Shown: in pieces, positions 26,725-36,663 of the stretch
Position numbering within the stretch: the first letter of the stretch is position 1
How the letters are laid out: each line of letters opens with the position of its first letter
Origin: a virus
Taxonomy: Duplodnaviria; Caudoviricetes
Virus record (IMG/VR): IMGVR_UViG_3300031673_016563
Coordinates: 1-56,051 of that record
DNA: 56,051 bases
Strand: one strand, 5' to 3'
Translations under genes and position numbers: made by a program
Notes under the pieces: model-generated
The model's input: the letters and a program-made list of their open reading frames with translations, nothing else
The model's database searches: none
Told to the model about the DNA's origin: nothing

Positions 26725-27549
26725 ATGGGGGAGGATAGAAAAACATATCCTACTAAGATTTGGCTTTCTTTTGATTGGAAGCAAGCTGAAATGTATTTCT
26801 TATGTTTATTTAGTAAGGATAGTGTATTGAAACAGGCCTTATATTCTCAGGATTTTCATAGCTATGTTGCAAGTTTGCTGGATAACATTTCTATTGAGGA
26901 TGTAAATCCAACTAATCGGGAGATAGCTAAGGCGATAAGTTTTAATTTGATATATTCGGGATTTAATGCCAAGATCACTATGGCAAATATCCTGAAGAAG
27001 AGACCTGATTTGAATGAGGATCAGGTCTCAGATATGCTAGATAAATATCAGAGCACCTTCTTCTGTTTGTTTAATTGGGTTAAGAAATCGGTTCTGGATT
27101 GGAGGGATAATGCGGGGTATATGACATATTTCATGGGGGCTAAAAAATTTATACCTATCCCAAAATATGTCACTGCGGATTGTGATCCTGATAAATTATT
27201 ATACACTAAGCAAGGCCGTTTGTGTATAAATACTTTTGGTCAAAATTCTGTGGGGCTTCTATTAAAGTCGGTATGCTCAAAAATTTTTAGTAATGCTTTA
27301 TTAAGGGAAAAGACAACTCAATATATTCCTTTGTTTGACTCCCTTAGTTTTTTGGCTGATACTGAAAACTTAGATTATATTCTGAGAGCTGTGGATGAGT
27401 ATGCTACTCCAATTATAACACATGATGGTTTTGAGATTAGTATGAAGGTGGATTGGTCCATATCGGATAAATCCTGGGGGGATCTAAAGAAATTTGAGTA
27501 TGTCAACGAGTGTAAAAATAAATTATATTATCAATGGGATATCGTATGA
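26725..27549 (+). CDS. polA: family A DNA polymerase, fragment 3 (palm and fingers)
   Basis: motif A SFDWKQAEM, DFHSYVA, motif B REIAKAISFNLIY, INTFGQ, motif C PLFDSL. Confidence 0.85.
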   Translation: MGEDRKTYPTKIWLSFDWKQAEMYFLCLFSKDSVLKQALYSQDFHSYVASLLDNISIEDVNPTNREIAKAISFNLIYSGFNAKITMANILKKRPDLNEDQVSDMLDKYQSTFFCLFNWVKKSVLDWRDNAGYMTYFMGAKKFIPIPKYVTADCDPDKLLYTKQGRLCINTFGQNSVGLLLKSVCSKIFSNALLREKTTQYIPLFDSLSFLADTENLDYILRAVDEYATPIITHDGFEISMKVDWSISDKSWGDLKKFEYVNECKNKLYYQWDIV

Positions 27550-27812
27550 ATAGATTATTGAATTTTAAGCAAAAAGAGGATAAGAGGTACACTCCTTCTG
27601 AGAATAGTCAGGGGGATAAGATTGTTAAAGTAAAGAATTTGCTTAAAGGGTTAGGGGTTGAGTATAGAATATGCAATCCTAATCATATTAAAGTTGGAAG
27701 AGTAAATTATTATGTATCTACAGGTACCTGCTATATCGATGGGGAATTGAAATCATTGTCAGGTAGGGGATTGGATGTTTTTAAACGAGCTTTAAATCAG
27801 TATAAAGATTAA
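27546..27812 (+). CDS. hypothetical protein
   Basis: ATGA overlap with upstream stop; VNYYVSTGT motif. Confidence 0.6.
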   Translation: MNRLLNFKQKEDKRYTPSENSQGDKIVKVKNLLKGLGVEYRICNPNHIKVGRVNYYVSTGTCYIDGELKSLSGRGLDVFKRALNQYKD

Positions 27813-27822
27813 AAAAGGAGAA

Positions 27823-28164
27823 TTGATGTTCGAAAATATCAATGTTATGGACGCTAAAGAATTTCGGGAGAAAGGGTATCTCCAAGAATTGAATAGGAGA
27901 TTTCTACACCCCTTAGGTTTAGCTCTAGAGATAAGTATTGAGGAGGATGGCACGGAGTCATTAGGAAGAATTTGGGATTATCGAGGAGATCCTGAAGGAA
28001 TTTCCTATGATATAGCCAATCCCCAATATTCTAACGAGGAGCAGGTTGAAAAATTTCAGAAGAGTTTTGATTTTATTGAGGGGGAGATTAAATTTCGTAA
28101 GATGAAAAGAATAGATGGGGTAGGATTTTGGGTGGAACCTATTCCGGGGAGGATCAAATCATGA
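27823..28164 (+). CDS. hypothetical protein, tandem paralogue 1
   Basis: GYLQELNRRFLHPLGLAL...WDYRGDPEG. Confidence 0.75.
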   Translation: MMFENINVMDAKEFREKGYLQELNRRFLHPLGLALEISIEEDGTESLGRIWDYRGDPEGISYDIANPQYSNEEQVEKFQKSFDFIEGEIKFRKMKRIDGVGFWVEPIPGRIKS

Positions 28165-28505
28165 GTAATAGTGTGTATAGTACTTTAGATTTTAACCGCA
28201 TAAAACCTTTAGATTTTTGTAAACGAGGGTATTTACAAGAAGCCAATAGAAGATTCTTTCATCCTTTAGGGTTATCTCTAGTTGTCATTACAAATGAGGA
28301 TGGGTCAGAGGGGGTATTTGATATAGTTGATAGAAGAGAAGATCCTAATGGTTGCGTCTTTGATTTTAAAGATGAGTCTCATTTTGATTCGGATAGGATA
28401 GAAGAGATTAAACATAAGGCTAAAATTTTTGAGGATGAGTGGGACGCTCGTTTAAAGAGTAGATTAGAGAATTTAGGCTTCACCAACGAACCTTTACCCG
28501 AATAA
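28161..28505 (+). CDS. hypothetical protein, tandem paralogue 2
   Basis: GYLQEANRRFFHPLGLSL...VDRREDPNG; ATGA overlap with GGAGG SD. Confidence 0.75.
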   Translation: MSNSVYSTLDFNRIKPLDFCKRGYLQEANRRFFHPLGLSLVVITNEDGSEGVFDIVDRREDPNGCVFDFKDESHFDSDRIEEIKHKAKIFEDEWDARLKSRLENLGFTNEPLPE

Positions 28506-28524
28506 TTAAGGATAGGACAATATT

Positions 28525-29220
28525 ATGATATTAAATTTTAATTGTTATATTGTGTTAGGGGTGGAGAATAATGCAAGTAAGAAGGATATCAAAAAGGCCT
28601 ATCGAGCTATGAGTAAAAAATATCATCCTGATAATTCCGATACGGGGGATATAGATAAATTCAAAAATATCAGTGTGGCTTACTCGATACTCAGTGACGA
28701 TAAGAAAAGAACTCTATATGATCTGGGTAAATGGTCCGAATTGGATGCTGAGAGTGAGATCGAATTGACGGAGGCGGAGCAGAATATAGTGGCCCTATTT
28801 TCAGAGGGTTTAGAGAAGATATATTATGATTTTGAGTATGATGAGGAGGATAATCCAGAACAGAATGCTTATGCATTCAAGTTGATCCAAAGAATTAAGG
28901 AGCAGGTGAATAAGGAAGTTATAGATTACGAGAGATCCATATATGATTTAGAGGAGTCCGTCAAATTAATCAAGAGCCTAAAACCATACATAAAGTATAA
29001 GAAGGATAATAGTAAATATAATTTGGTGGGTATGGCTATGGATCAGACAGTATCTAATAAGGAGCATGAAATAGAGGATATAAAAGATCAAATCAATTTG
29101 GCGGAGAATATGCTAAAGCTATTAGAAGATTTTGAAGTTTGTGATCCGAAATCCGACCTGTTAGGGCTTATAGATTGGGTACATGATAAAATGAAATCAA
29201 ATACCCCTTCGGAGAAATAA
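28525..29220 (+). CDS. J-domain (DnaJ-like) protein
   Basis: Y.VLGV..NAS..DIKKAYR..SKKYHPD...F..I..AY.ILSD..KR..YD. Confidence 0.9.
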   Translation: MILNFNCYIVLGVENNASKKDIKKAYRAMSKKYHPDNSDTGDIDKFKNISVAYSILSDDKKRTLYDLGKWSELDAESEIELTEAEQNIVALFSEGLEKIYYDFEYDEEDNPEQNAYAFKLIQRIKEQVNKEVIDYERSIYDLEESVKLIKSLKPYIKYKKDNSKYNLVGMAMDQTVSNKEHEIEDIKDQINLAENMLKLLEDFEVCDPKSDLLGLIDWVHDKMKSNTPSEK

Positions 29221-29223
29221 ATT

Positions 29224-29454
29224 ATGAATGGTAAAAATTATTTGTACCTAACTAATACGTTTTTTGAGGGGGATACACGAAGTCAAATTGATAATGTTTA
29301 TAGAGATCGAGAGGAGAAGCCTGAGAAAGTAGTAGAGTATAAGAGAGCTTTAAGATGCGGGGATTGTAGAATTGTATTTAAAGCTCTAACGAAGTATCAA
29401 ATCAATAAGATTGTTGAATTAGGGGTTATTGAATTAATAAATTATTTAGATTAG
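29224..29454 (+). CDS. hypothetical protein
   Basis: GGAG SD. Confidence 0.55.
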   Translation: MNGKNYLYLTNTFFEGDTRSQIDNVYRDREEKPEKVVEYKRALRCGDCRIVFKALTKYQINKIVELGVIELINYLD

Positions 29455-29467
29455 AGAGGATAGAATT

Positions 29468-30343
29468 ATGATAATTATCCATCATTATGACCTTGACGGG
29501 CAATGTGCTGCGGCAATAGTAAAATATAAGTACCCGGATGCCAAAACATATGAGATGACTTATGGGGATGAGATTCCCTGGGGAATTATAAAGAATAATG
29601 ACGTTTGTATAGTGGATTTCTCATTTGAATTGGAAGATATGAAAAGAGCGTTAGCGGAATCTCAATCCCTATATTGGATTGACCACCATATTGGGGCTAT
29701 AGACAAACTCAAAAGTATTGAGAATGATATATTAGGCATTAGAGACAAGGAAGAAAAATTTGCGGGGTGCGAATTAGCTTGGAAATATATCTTCCCTCAT
29801 GATCCGATGCCAAGGGTAGTCAGTTTATTAGGGAGATATGACACTCACGATTATATAGATGATACAATTTTACCTTTTCAATATGCAATGAGGACAAAGG
29901 ATACAGATCCCAGTGGTAATTTTGAATTTTGGGTGGATCTATTTACAGATATTGATGGAGATAGTGAGTTTGATTTTTTAAATGAGGAATCCTTAATTGA
30001 TTCAATCATCGAGGAGGGCGGGCCAATTGAGAAGTTTGTAGAGGGTAGAAATGCTAACTTTGTGCGAGATAATGCTGTATGTGTTAATTTGGAGGGATAT
30101 AAATTTTTAGCAGTCAACACATATTTAGACAATTCTAATGCGTTGGAGAAATTCTTTGATCCGAATAAATGGGATGCTATGATGGTATTTTATAGGAAAT
30201 CAGGTGGGTGGAGTGTGTCTTTGTATAACGGAGATGAGGATGCTGGAAAAGTTGATTGTGCTAAAATAGCTCAGAAATTTGGTGGGGGAGGCCATTTTTC
30301 AGCAAGCAATTTCTTCTGTGAGCGATTACCCTTTGAGGTATAG
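29468..30343 (+). CDS. DHH/DHHA1 family phosphoesterase
   Basis: H.DLDG, IVDFS, WIDHH, FGGGGH. Confidence 0.9.
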   Translation: MIIIHHYDLDGQCAAAIVKYKYPDAKTYEMTYGDEIPWGIIKNNDVCIVDFSFELEDMKRALAESQSLYWIDHHIGAIDKLKSIENDILGIRDKEEKFAGCELAWKYIFPHDPMPRVVSLLGRYDTHDYIDDTILPFQYAMRTKDTDPSGNFEFWVDLFTDIDGDSEFDFLNEESLIDSIIEEGGPIEKFVEGRNANFVRDNAVCVNLEGYKFLAVNTYLDNSNALEKFFDPNKWDAMMVFYRKSGGWSVSLYNGDEDAGKVDCAKIAQKFGGGGHFSASNFFCERLPFEV

Positions 30344-30348
30344 ATGAT

Positions 30349-30441
30349 ATGGAAGATTTAATATTACAAATAGGAGAGGAAATAGAATCCATTGAAGGAT
30401 ATGAGGGGTTATACTCTATTACATCTTTTGGTAGAGTATAA
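30349..30441 (+). pseudogene. truncated NUMOD4-motif remnant (dead homing endonuclease)
   Basis: EEIESIEGYEGLYSITSFGRV* matches the NUMOD4 consensus and stops after 30 codons. Confidence 0.7.
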
Positions 30442-30484
30442 TCTGAATAGACCTTTGAATGATTTGCCGGAGGGGATATAAAAT

Positions 30485-31480
30485 ATGTTAATACACACTC
30501 ATAGTATGCTATCAAGTATTTTTCATAAATTATTACATAAGGATCATTTTGAGGGCACGTTGAAAAAACTGAACCCAACGTGCCTGGAGGGTATAGCCGG
30601 TATAGGTAAGATATACTATATTAAAGAATTCATACGAGATTGTTTGTGCTCTGAGTATAATCCTTTTCTAAACACGAGAGAGGATTATACTCAAGATTGT
30701 TCCTGTAAGGTGTGTAATTCCATATCTAATAATACTTTGGTGGATATGTTTGTTTTAGACAATAAGGAGGATATTGAAGCCATTAGAGGATATTTAGAGG
30801 TATTTGTTTATTCTTACCCGAAGGAATACAATTATAAATTTTTGATTGTGCCAGATTTGCATTTAATTTCTAATAGAAAAACGGATATTTTGTTAAAGAT
30901 ATTTGAGGAGTCCCCTAAATATTTGAAAATATTTGCAACGTGTTTGAATGCAAATAAGGCCCCTCAAACTTTAATGTCGAGGCTGAATATTATACATTGT
31001 AATCCCTTATCTAAGGATAATTTGAGATTCATCCTATCACTATCATCTACTACAGAAAATCAATTATCTAATCTGGATAAATATAATTTCAAAAGTCTAG
31101 ATCAAGTTATGGTATATAGTAAATATAGATTTGAGGATAAATTCAAATCTATATTTGTAGAGAGGGCTAATGCCTATACGATAACAAAAGAGGTAAAATA
31201 TTTGTTGGATATTTTAGATTCCGAGGATCAACTGGGAGAGGCATTGTTATTCTTCATGGAATATTATTTAGATAAGATATATGAATTCTGCGATCTTAAC
31301 AAGGATACTATCAAGGTACAATACTTTAAGCAGCATATTCAAGAAAAGGTGATACCTAAATTTGCTAAATGCTTCTTTGGGTATCTTGATTCTCCGAAGC
31401 AATATCGTATATCTAAGTCCAATCAATTATTCTTATTTCTAAATCTGATAAATATTGCACGATTAACTATTGAGGGGTAA
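30485..31480 (+). CDS. holB: clamp-loader delta-prime-like subunit
   Basis: GIAGIGK, C.CKVC Zn cluster, LLKIFEESP, TLMSR. Confidence 0.7.
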   Translation: MLIHTHSMLSSIFHKLLHKDHFEGTLKKLNPTCLEGIAGIGKIYYIKEFIRDCLCSEYNPFLNTREDYTQDCSCKVCNSISNNTLVDMFVLDNKEDIEAIRGYLEVFVYSYPKEYNYKFLIVPDLHLISNRKTDILLKIFEESPKYLKIFATCLNANKAPQTLMSRLNIIHCNPLSKDNLRFILSLSSTTENQLSNLDKYNFKSLDQVMVYSKYRFEDKFKSIFVERANAYTITKEVKYLLDILDSEDQLGEALLFFMEYYLDKIYEFCDLNKDTIKVQYFKQHIQEKVIPKFAKCFFGYLDSPKQYRISKSNQLFLFLNLINIARLTIEG

Positions 31481-31483
31481 AGG

Positions 31484-32494
31484 ATGATAGATTTGGAATT
31501 CATAATGTCTAATCGCAATTCATTCAAGAGATGTATAATTTACTCTTACATCTCTTCAGCGTTCAAATTTGAGGTTACGGAGAAAATAAAATCTGTTTTT
31601 GATTTCCGAGGAATTCTACTCAATGAGGCGGATTACTCTTCCTTTCTGGATTCTTGTAATGGATTATCATTATTTGGGGAGTCGCTAATCTTGATAGATT
31701 TAGAGAAATTTAAGGGAGTATCTAAATCCTGGGTGGCGGAGTTTGATAAATTTTGTCTGGATTTTGTGGCGGAGAGATTAGAGAACAGATTTGTGGTATT
31801 TGGGTTGCAGGATTCATTCGATGGGTTGAATAATTCTAAGAATTTTATTGAGTTTAAAGATAAATCCTCTCTGATTGAGGAGGCTCCTCCTGAAAAATTA
31901 TCTGCTTCTATATTTTTAGATTATATTAGTTTTAGAAATAAAAATGCATTTGATTTGACAAAGGTAAAAAATTCTGATACAATGTATAAGTCTATCGGTC
32001 AAATATTAAAGTCTAAGGAGTTGGATATATTTGAGATCATATCCTTATGTGAGGAGTGCCTATTTGTGGCTTTGAATAATGATAAATTTGATGCTGTTTT
32101 GTCTAATCTTTTGATAAATAATGTATCTAAGCAAGATAATTTCATTCTATATGATCTAGTATTTAATGTTCTAGCTACGGGGTCCAAGATATCAAAGGAT
32201 AGATTATATAAGTATCTCTTAGAACTTAATACGATTGAGGAATTTAGTGTCGAATTAATATCGTATCGGTTTATGAAGGTATACAAGGATTTTCTATATA
32301 TTAATGTTGAATATGGCCCTTCGGAGGATTACTTAAATACTCTGAACGTTTATTATAGGAAGTATTTAGGGAAATTCAAGGATATAAAGTTACATAAATT
32401 ATTTCGAGTAGGCATGTTACTTGCAATATATGAATCATTGTTAAATTCAAATAATTTCACAACATTATTATATGAGTTCGTAGCAATGCTGTGA
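31484..32494 (+). CDS. clamp-loader delta-like subunit (divergent)
   Basis: SLFG..LILID motif, size 336 aa, position between holB-like gene and dnaX. Confidence 0.5.
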   Translation: MIDLEFIMSNRNSFKRCIIYSYISSAFKFEVTEKIKSVFDFRGILLNEADYSSFLDSCNGLSLFGESLILIDLEKFKGVSKSWVAEFDKFCLDFVAERLENRFVVFGLQDSFDGLNNSKNFIEFKDKSSLIEEAPPEKLSASIFLDYISFRNKNAFDLTKVKNSDTMYKSIGQILKSKELDIFEIISLCEECLFVALNNDKFDAVLSNLLINNVSKQDNFILYDLVFNVLATGSKISKDRLYKYLLELNTIEEFSVELISYRFMKVYKDFLYINVEYGPSEDYLNTLNVYYRKYLGKFKDIKLHKLFRVGMLLAIYESLLNSNNFTTLLYEFVAML

Positions 32495-32510
32495 TCAGAT
32501 AGGGGTTATT

Positions 32511-33833
32511 ATGAGTGAGTCTTTAGTTCAAAAATACCGTCCTATCCGTTTTGAAGATATTTTGGGGCAAGATATAAATAACCGATTGTTATCCAATTTC
32601 ATTAAGTTGGGATATATAGGAAAGAATATTATATTACATGGCCCTTTTGGAGCATCTAAGACCTCCTCAGCCAGGATATATGCTAGGGCTTTAAATTGCT
32701 TAAAGGCCACGAATTCAGGGTCTCCTTGTAACGAATGTGAACATTGTGTTCAATTTTTCAACAACTCTTATTCGGATTTCATTGAAGTGGATGGAGCTAC
32801 GCAAGGTAAAAAAGATAAAATACAAGATTTGATTGAGATTATAAGTTCGCCTCCTATCTTGGGGAGATATAGAGTCATTATTATTGATGAGTGTCAAAAT
32901 CTATCTCGATCAGCATGGGATACTCTACTAAAGATAACGGAGGAGCCACCCTCTTATTTAGTATTCATTTTTACCACTACGGAATATAACAAAGTACCTA
33001 AAACTATACAATCACGATGTCATTCCAGACAGGTTTCTTTACTACAGGATGAGTTAGCTAAGAATCATCTAGTAGATATTTGCACCAAAGAAAATATACC
33101 TTATGAGAATGCGGCTTTGGAGATTATAATTTCAATCTCCAAAGGGCACGCTAGAGATCTATTAAAGAATTTAGAGCAATGTTTTTTGTTTGGAGGTGTG
33201 ACTGAGGAAAATGCTTTACAATTATTTAATCTTGGGTATATACAGCATATTGAGGGTATTGTATTCCAATTATTAAGTGGTGGAGATATATCCCCTATAT
33301 TTTTAATTCTGGATAATTGGGGGGAAGATGCTACTAGGGTTTTGGGTATTTTGAATTCCTTTGTAATTTACATTTATATGCTAAAATGTAGGAATATCAA
33401 ATTGAATATAGATCCTATATTTCATTCTATACCTTCTAAGGATATCGAGATAATTTTTGGGGTGGCCAAAGAATTATCTAACTCTTTGAGGGTAGATGTG
33501 GATACTTTGTTTGATAAGATACTTGAACTTTTTAAGGGGGTCAATGTAAGATCAAATTTAGAACTATATTCTTTCATTATAGGGTTTTTTAATAGTATTC
33601 ATAGAATATCATTAAAAGTATTCGAGGATAGTTCTTCCATTGGGGCAGGTAGTATGGTTGGTAGCAAGATTGGCGCATCAAATGTTAAGGGTAGGAAATT
33701 CATTGAGGGGTTTGAGGATAAAAATAAAACAACTTCAAGTACTCAAACCAGTTCTAAGTTATATACCCATTCACTTACTGCACATAATTTCAAATTTAAA
33801 GATAAAGAACATATGAAGATAGGGAGGGTTTAA
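32511..33833 (+). CDS. dnaX: clamp-loader gamma/tau ATPase subunit
   Basis: KYRP..FEDILGQ, GPFGASKTS, ALNC..PCNECEHC, IIIDE, LLKITEEPP, TIQSRC, GHARD. Confidence 0.92.
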   Translation: MSESLVQKYRPIRFEDILGQDINNRLLSNFIKLGYIGKNIILHGPFGASKTSSARIYARALNCLKATNSGSPCNECEHCVQFFNNSYSDFIEVDGATQGKKDKIQDLIEIISSPPILGRYRVIIIDECQNLSRSAWDTLLKITEEPPSYLVFIFTTTEYNKVPKTIQSRCHSRQVSLLQDELAKNHLVDICTKENIPYENAALEIIISISKGHARDLLKNLEQCFLFGGVTEENALQLFNLGYIQHIEGIVFQLLSGGDISPIFLILDNWGEDATRVLGILNSFVIYIYMLKCRNIKLNIDPIFHSIPSKDIEIIFGVAKELSNSLRVDVDTLFDKILELFKGVNVRSNLELYSFIIGFFNSIHRISLKVFEDSSSIGAGSMVGSKIGASNVKGRKFIEGFEDKNKTTSSTQTSSKLYTHSLTAHNFKFKDKEHMKIGRV

Positions 33834-33834
33834 T

Positions 33835-35310
33835 ATGGCTATTGAGAGAGATAAGACATATATTTTGATTTACGTATCTATATCTTTTAGGAACAATGTC
33901 TCATTTCTAAAGAAGATTAAGAAGGTTTTTAATTTTGATATCCCTTATCTGGAGGTCTCCAATTTGTCTGAAGAGCTCAAAAATGTACTTGATTCCTACA
34001 TATATCTAGAGAAGTCTAAATATGATTCTAAGATATTTGCTCAGCTATATGAGAAATATAAGCAAATGAGTTTTACGGAGTTGGGGGAGATATCCGGGAA
34101 TGAAATTCAAAATCTCATTGATAGCTGTATAAAAGATATTCAAGACTCTATAGTTATCGGGGAGTATTATAAGATATGTAAACTCCATCCTCTCAAAAAT
34201 TTAGTTGTTCAAGCAGTCAGTCGAGATGAGGAAAATATGATTGGTGAGTATGAGGTTATGGGGGGGAATAAGAGAATTAAGTTGCCTATATCCAAGGTGA
34301 CCCCATTTGAAAACAAGTTTTTATTAGAGAAAGAAGCTCAATTTACGAGTTATATTGATATATATAGGGAGAGAGATATGAAAAATGCTATCGTGATAGA
34401 TGGAGATAATACATTGTGGAGAAATATGTTTGGGTTTGGTAATCTATATACTGCTAAAGATCATACTTTTGTGGGTGGTGCTTATGGGATGTATTTTTCT
34501 TTATTGAAATTGAAGGAGTTATATCCTGAGTACGAAATTCATCTAGTGTTTGACGGATACGATAAAGTTAAATTTGAAGCTAATCCAGACTATAAGAAAA
34601 ATAGAGTTCAGAAAACGGATCAAGTCAAACAAGATTTCAAAAATAATAGAAGATGGACTAAAGCTATGGCAAGCTCCTTAGGGTTTAATGCGTATCATAT
34701 CCTGGATTCCGAAGGGGATGATGTCGTGGGCTCCGTGGCCCACTTTTTAGAGCATGATTTAGAGTACAATCATATCTTTATTCAATCAGTGGATACGGAT
34801 TTTTATTCCTTAGTGTCGGATGTAGTCAACTTGTACGTACCTCGTGTAGAATTTCGAGGCATATCCAATAAGATAACAATGAGGGAAGCCTTGGATAAGT
34901 TTGAAATAAATGAGATACGTAAGATTAATTGGGTGCGATCTCTTAAGGGTGATAAAAGCGATAATATATATTCTGTGAATCTGTATAATTTAGATAATGG
35001 GATAAAGTGTTCTCGCGTAAAGAAGCAACATTATTTGGATATCATAAATGATTTGGATAATTTCAATGATGTCAAAATAAGATTGATGCAAAATAAAAGA
35101 TTCAAGAGCTTTGTGGAGAGTGGTCAGATGGATAAGAATTATAACCTACTCACTATAAATACCAATATATTCAAAGGCAAGACTAATCTAGATGATTATT
35201 CCAATATCTGTAATCAAGAGAGAGCTATTGAATTATTGGAGGAGTTCTCATTTTATAAGGAGTTAGAATTATTTGATAGAAGCTATAGGATATTTAGAGG
35301 GGGGTGGTGA
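33835..35310 (+). CDS. 5'-3' exonuclease (FEN/PolI N-terminal type) with possible NusG-like N-terminal region
   Basis: IVIDG, LVFDG, YKKNR, EGDDV, SVDTDF, LKGDKSDNI; first 181 aa resemble an NGN+KOW layout. Confidence 0.8.
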   Translation: MAIERDKTYILIYVSISFRNNVSFLKKIKKVFNFDIPYLEVSNLSEELKNVLDSYIYLEKSKYDSKIFAQLYEKYKQMSFTELGEISGNEIQNLIDSCIKDIQDSIVIGEYYKICKLHPLKNLVVQAVSRDEENMIGEYEVMGGNKRIKLPISKVTPFENKFLLEKEAQFTSYIDIYRERDMKNAIVIDGDNTLWRNMFGFGNLYTAKDHTFVGGAYGMYFSLLKLKELYPEYEIHLVFDGYDKVKFEANPDYKKNRVQKTDQVKQDFKNNRRWTKAMASSLGFNAYHILDSEGDDVVGSVAHFLEHDLEYNHIFIQSVDTDFYSLVSDVVNLYVPRVEFRGISNKITMREALDKFEINEIRKINWVRSLKGDKSDNIYSVNLYNLDNGIKCSRVKKQHYLDIINDLDNFNDVKIRLMQNKRFKSFVESGQMDKNYNLLTINTNIFKGKTNLDDYSNICNQERAIELLEEFSFYKELELFDRSYRIFRGGW

Positions 35311-35311
35311 T

Positions 35312-35578
35312 ATGTCGAAAGTAATATGTCATGATTTTAAACCAGAACCTATATTGATATGGGAAGACTGCCTAGATAATGGATACTCTAAAACATGGTG
35401 GGTTGATACACCCTCGAATATGACTGAAGAGGAGTGCATAGAACTTGAGGAGGAGCGTATAGAGTTTTATAGGTGGATGAGAAAAGCTTTAGATGAATAT
35501 AAAGCTAAGGAGGAACGAAAAGATTTTATTAGGAAGTCTAATATCAAGGTAATTCGAGGAGGAGAGTATGGAAAGTAA
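35312..35578 (+). CDS. hypothetical protein
   Basis: GGTG SD before ATG 35312. Confidence 0.55.
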   Translation: MSKVICHDFKPEPILIWEDCLDNGYSKTWWVDTPSNMTEEECIELEEERIEFYRWMRKALDEYKAKEERKDFIRKSNIKVIRGGEYGK

Positions 35579-36245
35579 TGCGCAATTTTCGTATGAGGAT
35601 AATCCCGATTTTTTTAGTAGTGTATCCTCTAAGGTGGTGGCTCCAAATAGCAGAAGTATTTTTAAGAATTTGTTTAAAAATTCTTATTCTTTCATATCTA
35701 AGTATTTAACTTTATTATCCCCGATAGACTATAACATAGCCAAATTTTATTATATTGATGGATTGTCTCAGGAACAAATAAAGAGAGTATTTAATATCTC
35801 TCAATCTGCGGTGTCTCGTAGGATACGATATATCACTAATAGGATAAATTTCTTGTTACGTGCTCCTTCTTTAAATCCTATTCAAGTTAGAAGAGATTTA
35901 GAATTTTTGTTTCCTGAGGATATGTTTGAATTCGCATATTTCTACTATTTTGAGTTGGCTCAGAATAGGGTTAAGTATTTTGTTCAAGCTTCTCAGTCCG
36001 GGGTGGCTAATAAATTTAAGGATATTTTGGAATATTTAGAGAGAGTGATTGAGAATCATCTTGTGTTGAAAAATGATAGATTTAATAAAGACCTTATGAA
36101 CATCGAAAAGAAAAGGTGCTTGGCTTTGACCTACTTGGATTATTTTAGATTCATCAATAACAAGGCCAATATTATTAATTTCTTATGTAAGAAGAATGAT
36201 GAGGTTAGGAGTAAATCTTTGATCCTTGATGAATTCATTTTATGA
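35568..36245 (+). CDS. sigma-70 region 4-like HTH protein
   Basis: L..ID..I..FYY.DGLSQEQI...FNISQSAVSRRI; second degenerate HTH (QASQSGVANKF). Confidence 0.7.
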   Translation: MESNAQFSYEDNPDFFSSVSSKVVAPNSRSIFKNLFKNSYSFISKYLTLLSPIDYNIAKFYYIDGLSQEQIKRVFNISQSAVSRRIRYITNRINFLLRAPSLNPIQVRRDLEFLFPEDMFEFAYFYYFELAQNRVKYFVQASQSGVANKFKDILEYLERVIENHLVLKNDRFNKDLMNIEKKRCLALTYLDYFRFINNKANIINFLCKKNDEVRSKSLILDEFIL

Positions 36246-36649
36246 GGTATGCTATGAGTTATGATTCTATTTTTGAAAAATGTTTTTTTAATTCCACGGA
36301 TAAATGTTTTAGATCTAAGAAGCACGAAGCATTCAGTTTTGGTTCTGATAAATTTGAGGATGAGGTTAGAAGTAATCTGTTAAATTTTGATAATCTAAAA
36401 TCTAAAGATTGCAATGCAAGAATAACTCAAGTCGGTGGAGGATACCAGGTTAAGTTGTCGCGGCCTCATTTGGCATTTAGTATGAAAGATTTATTATCGG
36501 AGAGTAATCCTGGGATAGATTTAAAATTTTCTGAGGATTTGCTAGACTATGAGCCCGATGAGGATTTAATAATAAAAACGAAGATTCCTTTGTGGGTTAT
36601 TAAGCCTATGGCGGGTGGAAATACAGTTTCAATTCAGAGAGTATGGTAG
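36242..36649 (+). CDS. hypothetical protein
   Basis: contiguous ORF, start may be 36254. Confidence 0.6.
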   Translation: MRYAMSYDSIFEKCFFNSTDKCFRSKKHEAFSFGSDKFEDEVRSNLLNFDNLKSKDCNARITQVGGGYQVKLSRPHLAFSMKDLLSESNPGIDLKFSEDLLDYEPDEDLIIKTKIPLWVIKPMAGGNTVSIQRVW

Positions 36650-36663
36650 AGGAGAGATAGGTT

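Noticed and set aside
16878-27549. Z-genome (diaminopurine) pathway suggested by purB plus a divergent family A polymerase
   Set aside because: No PurZ/PurA-like or DatZ gene in the window; purB lies with purM and purD, fitting ordinary de novo purine synthesis.
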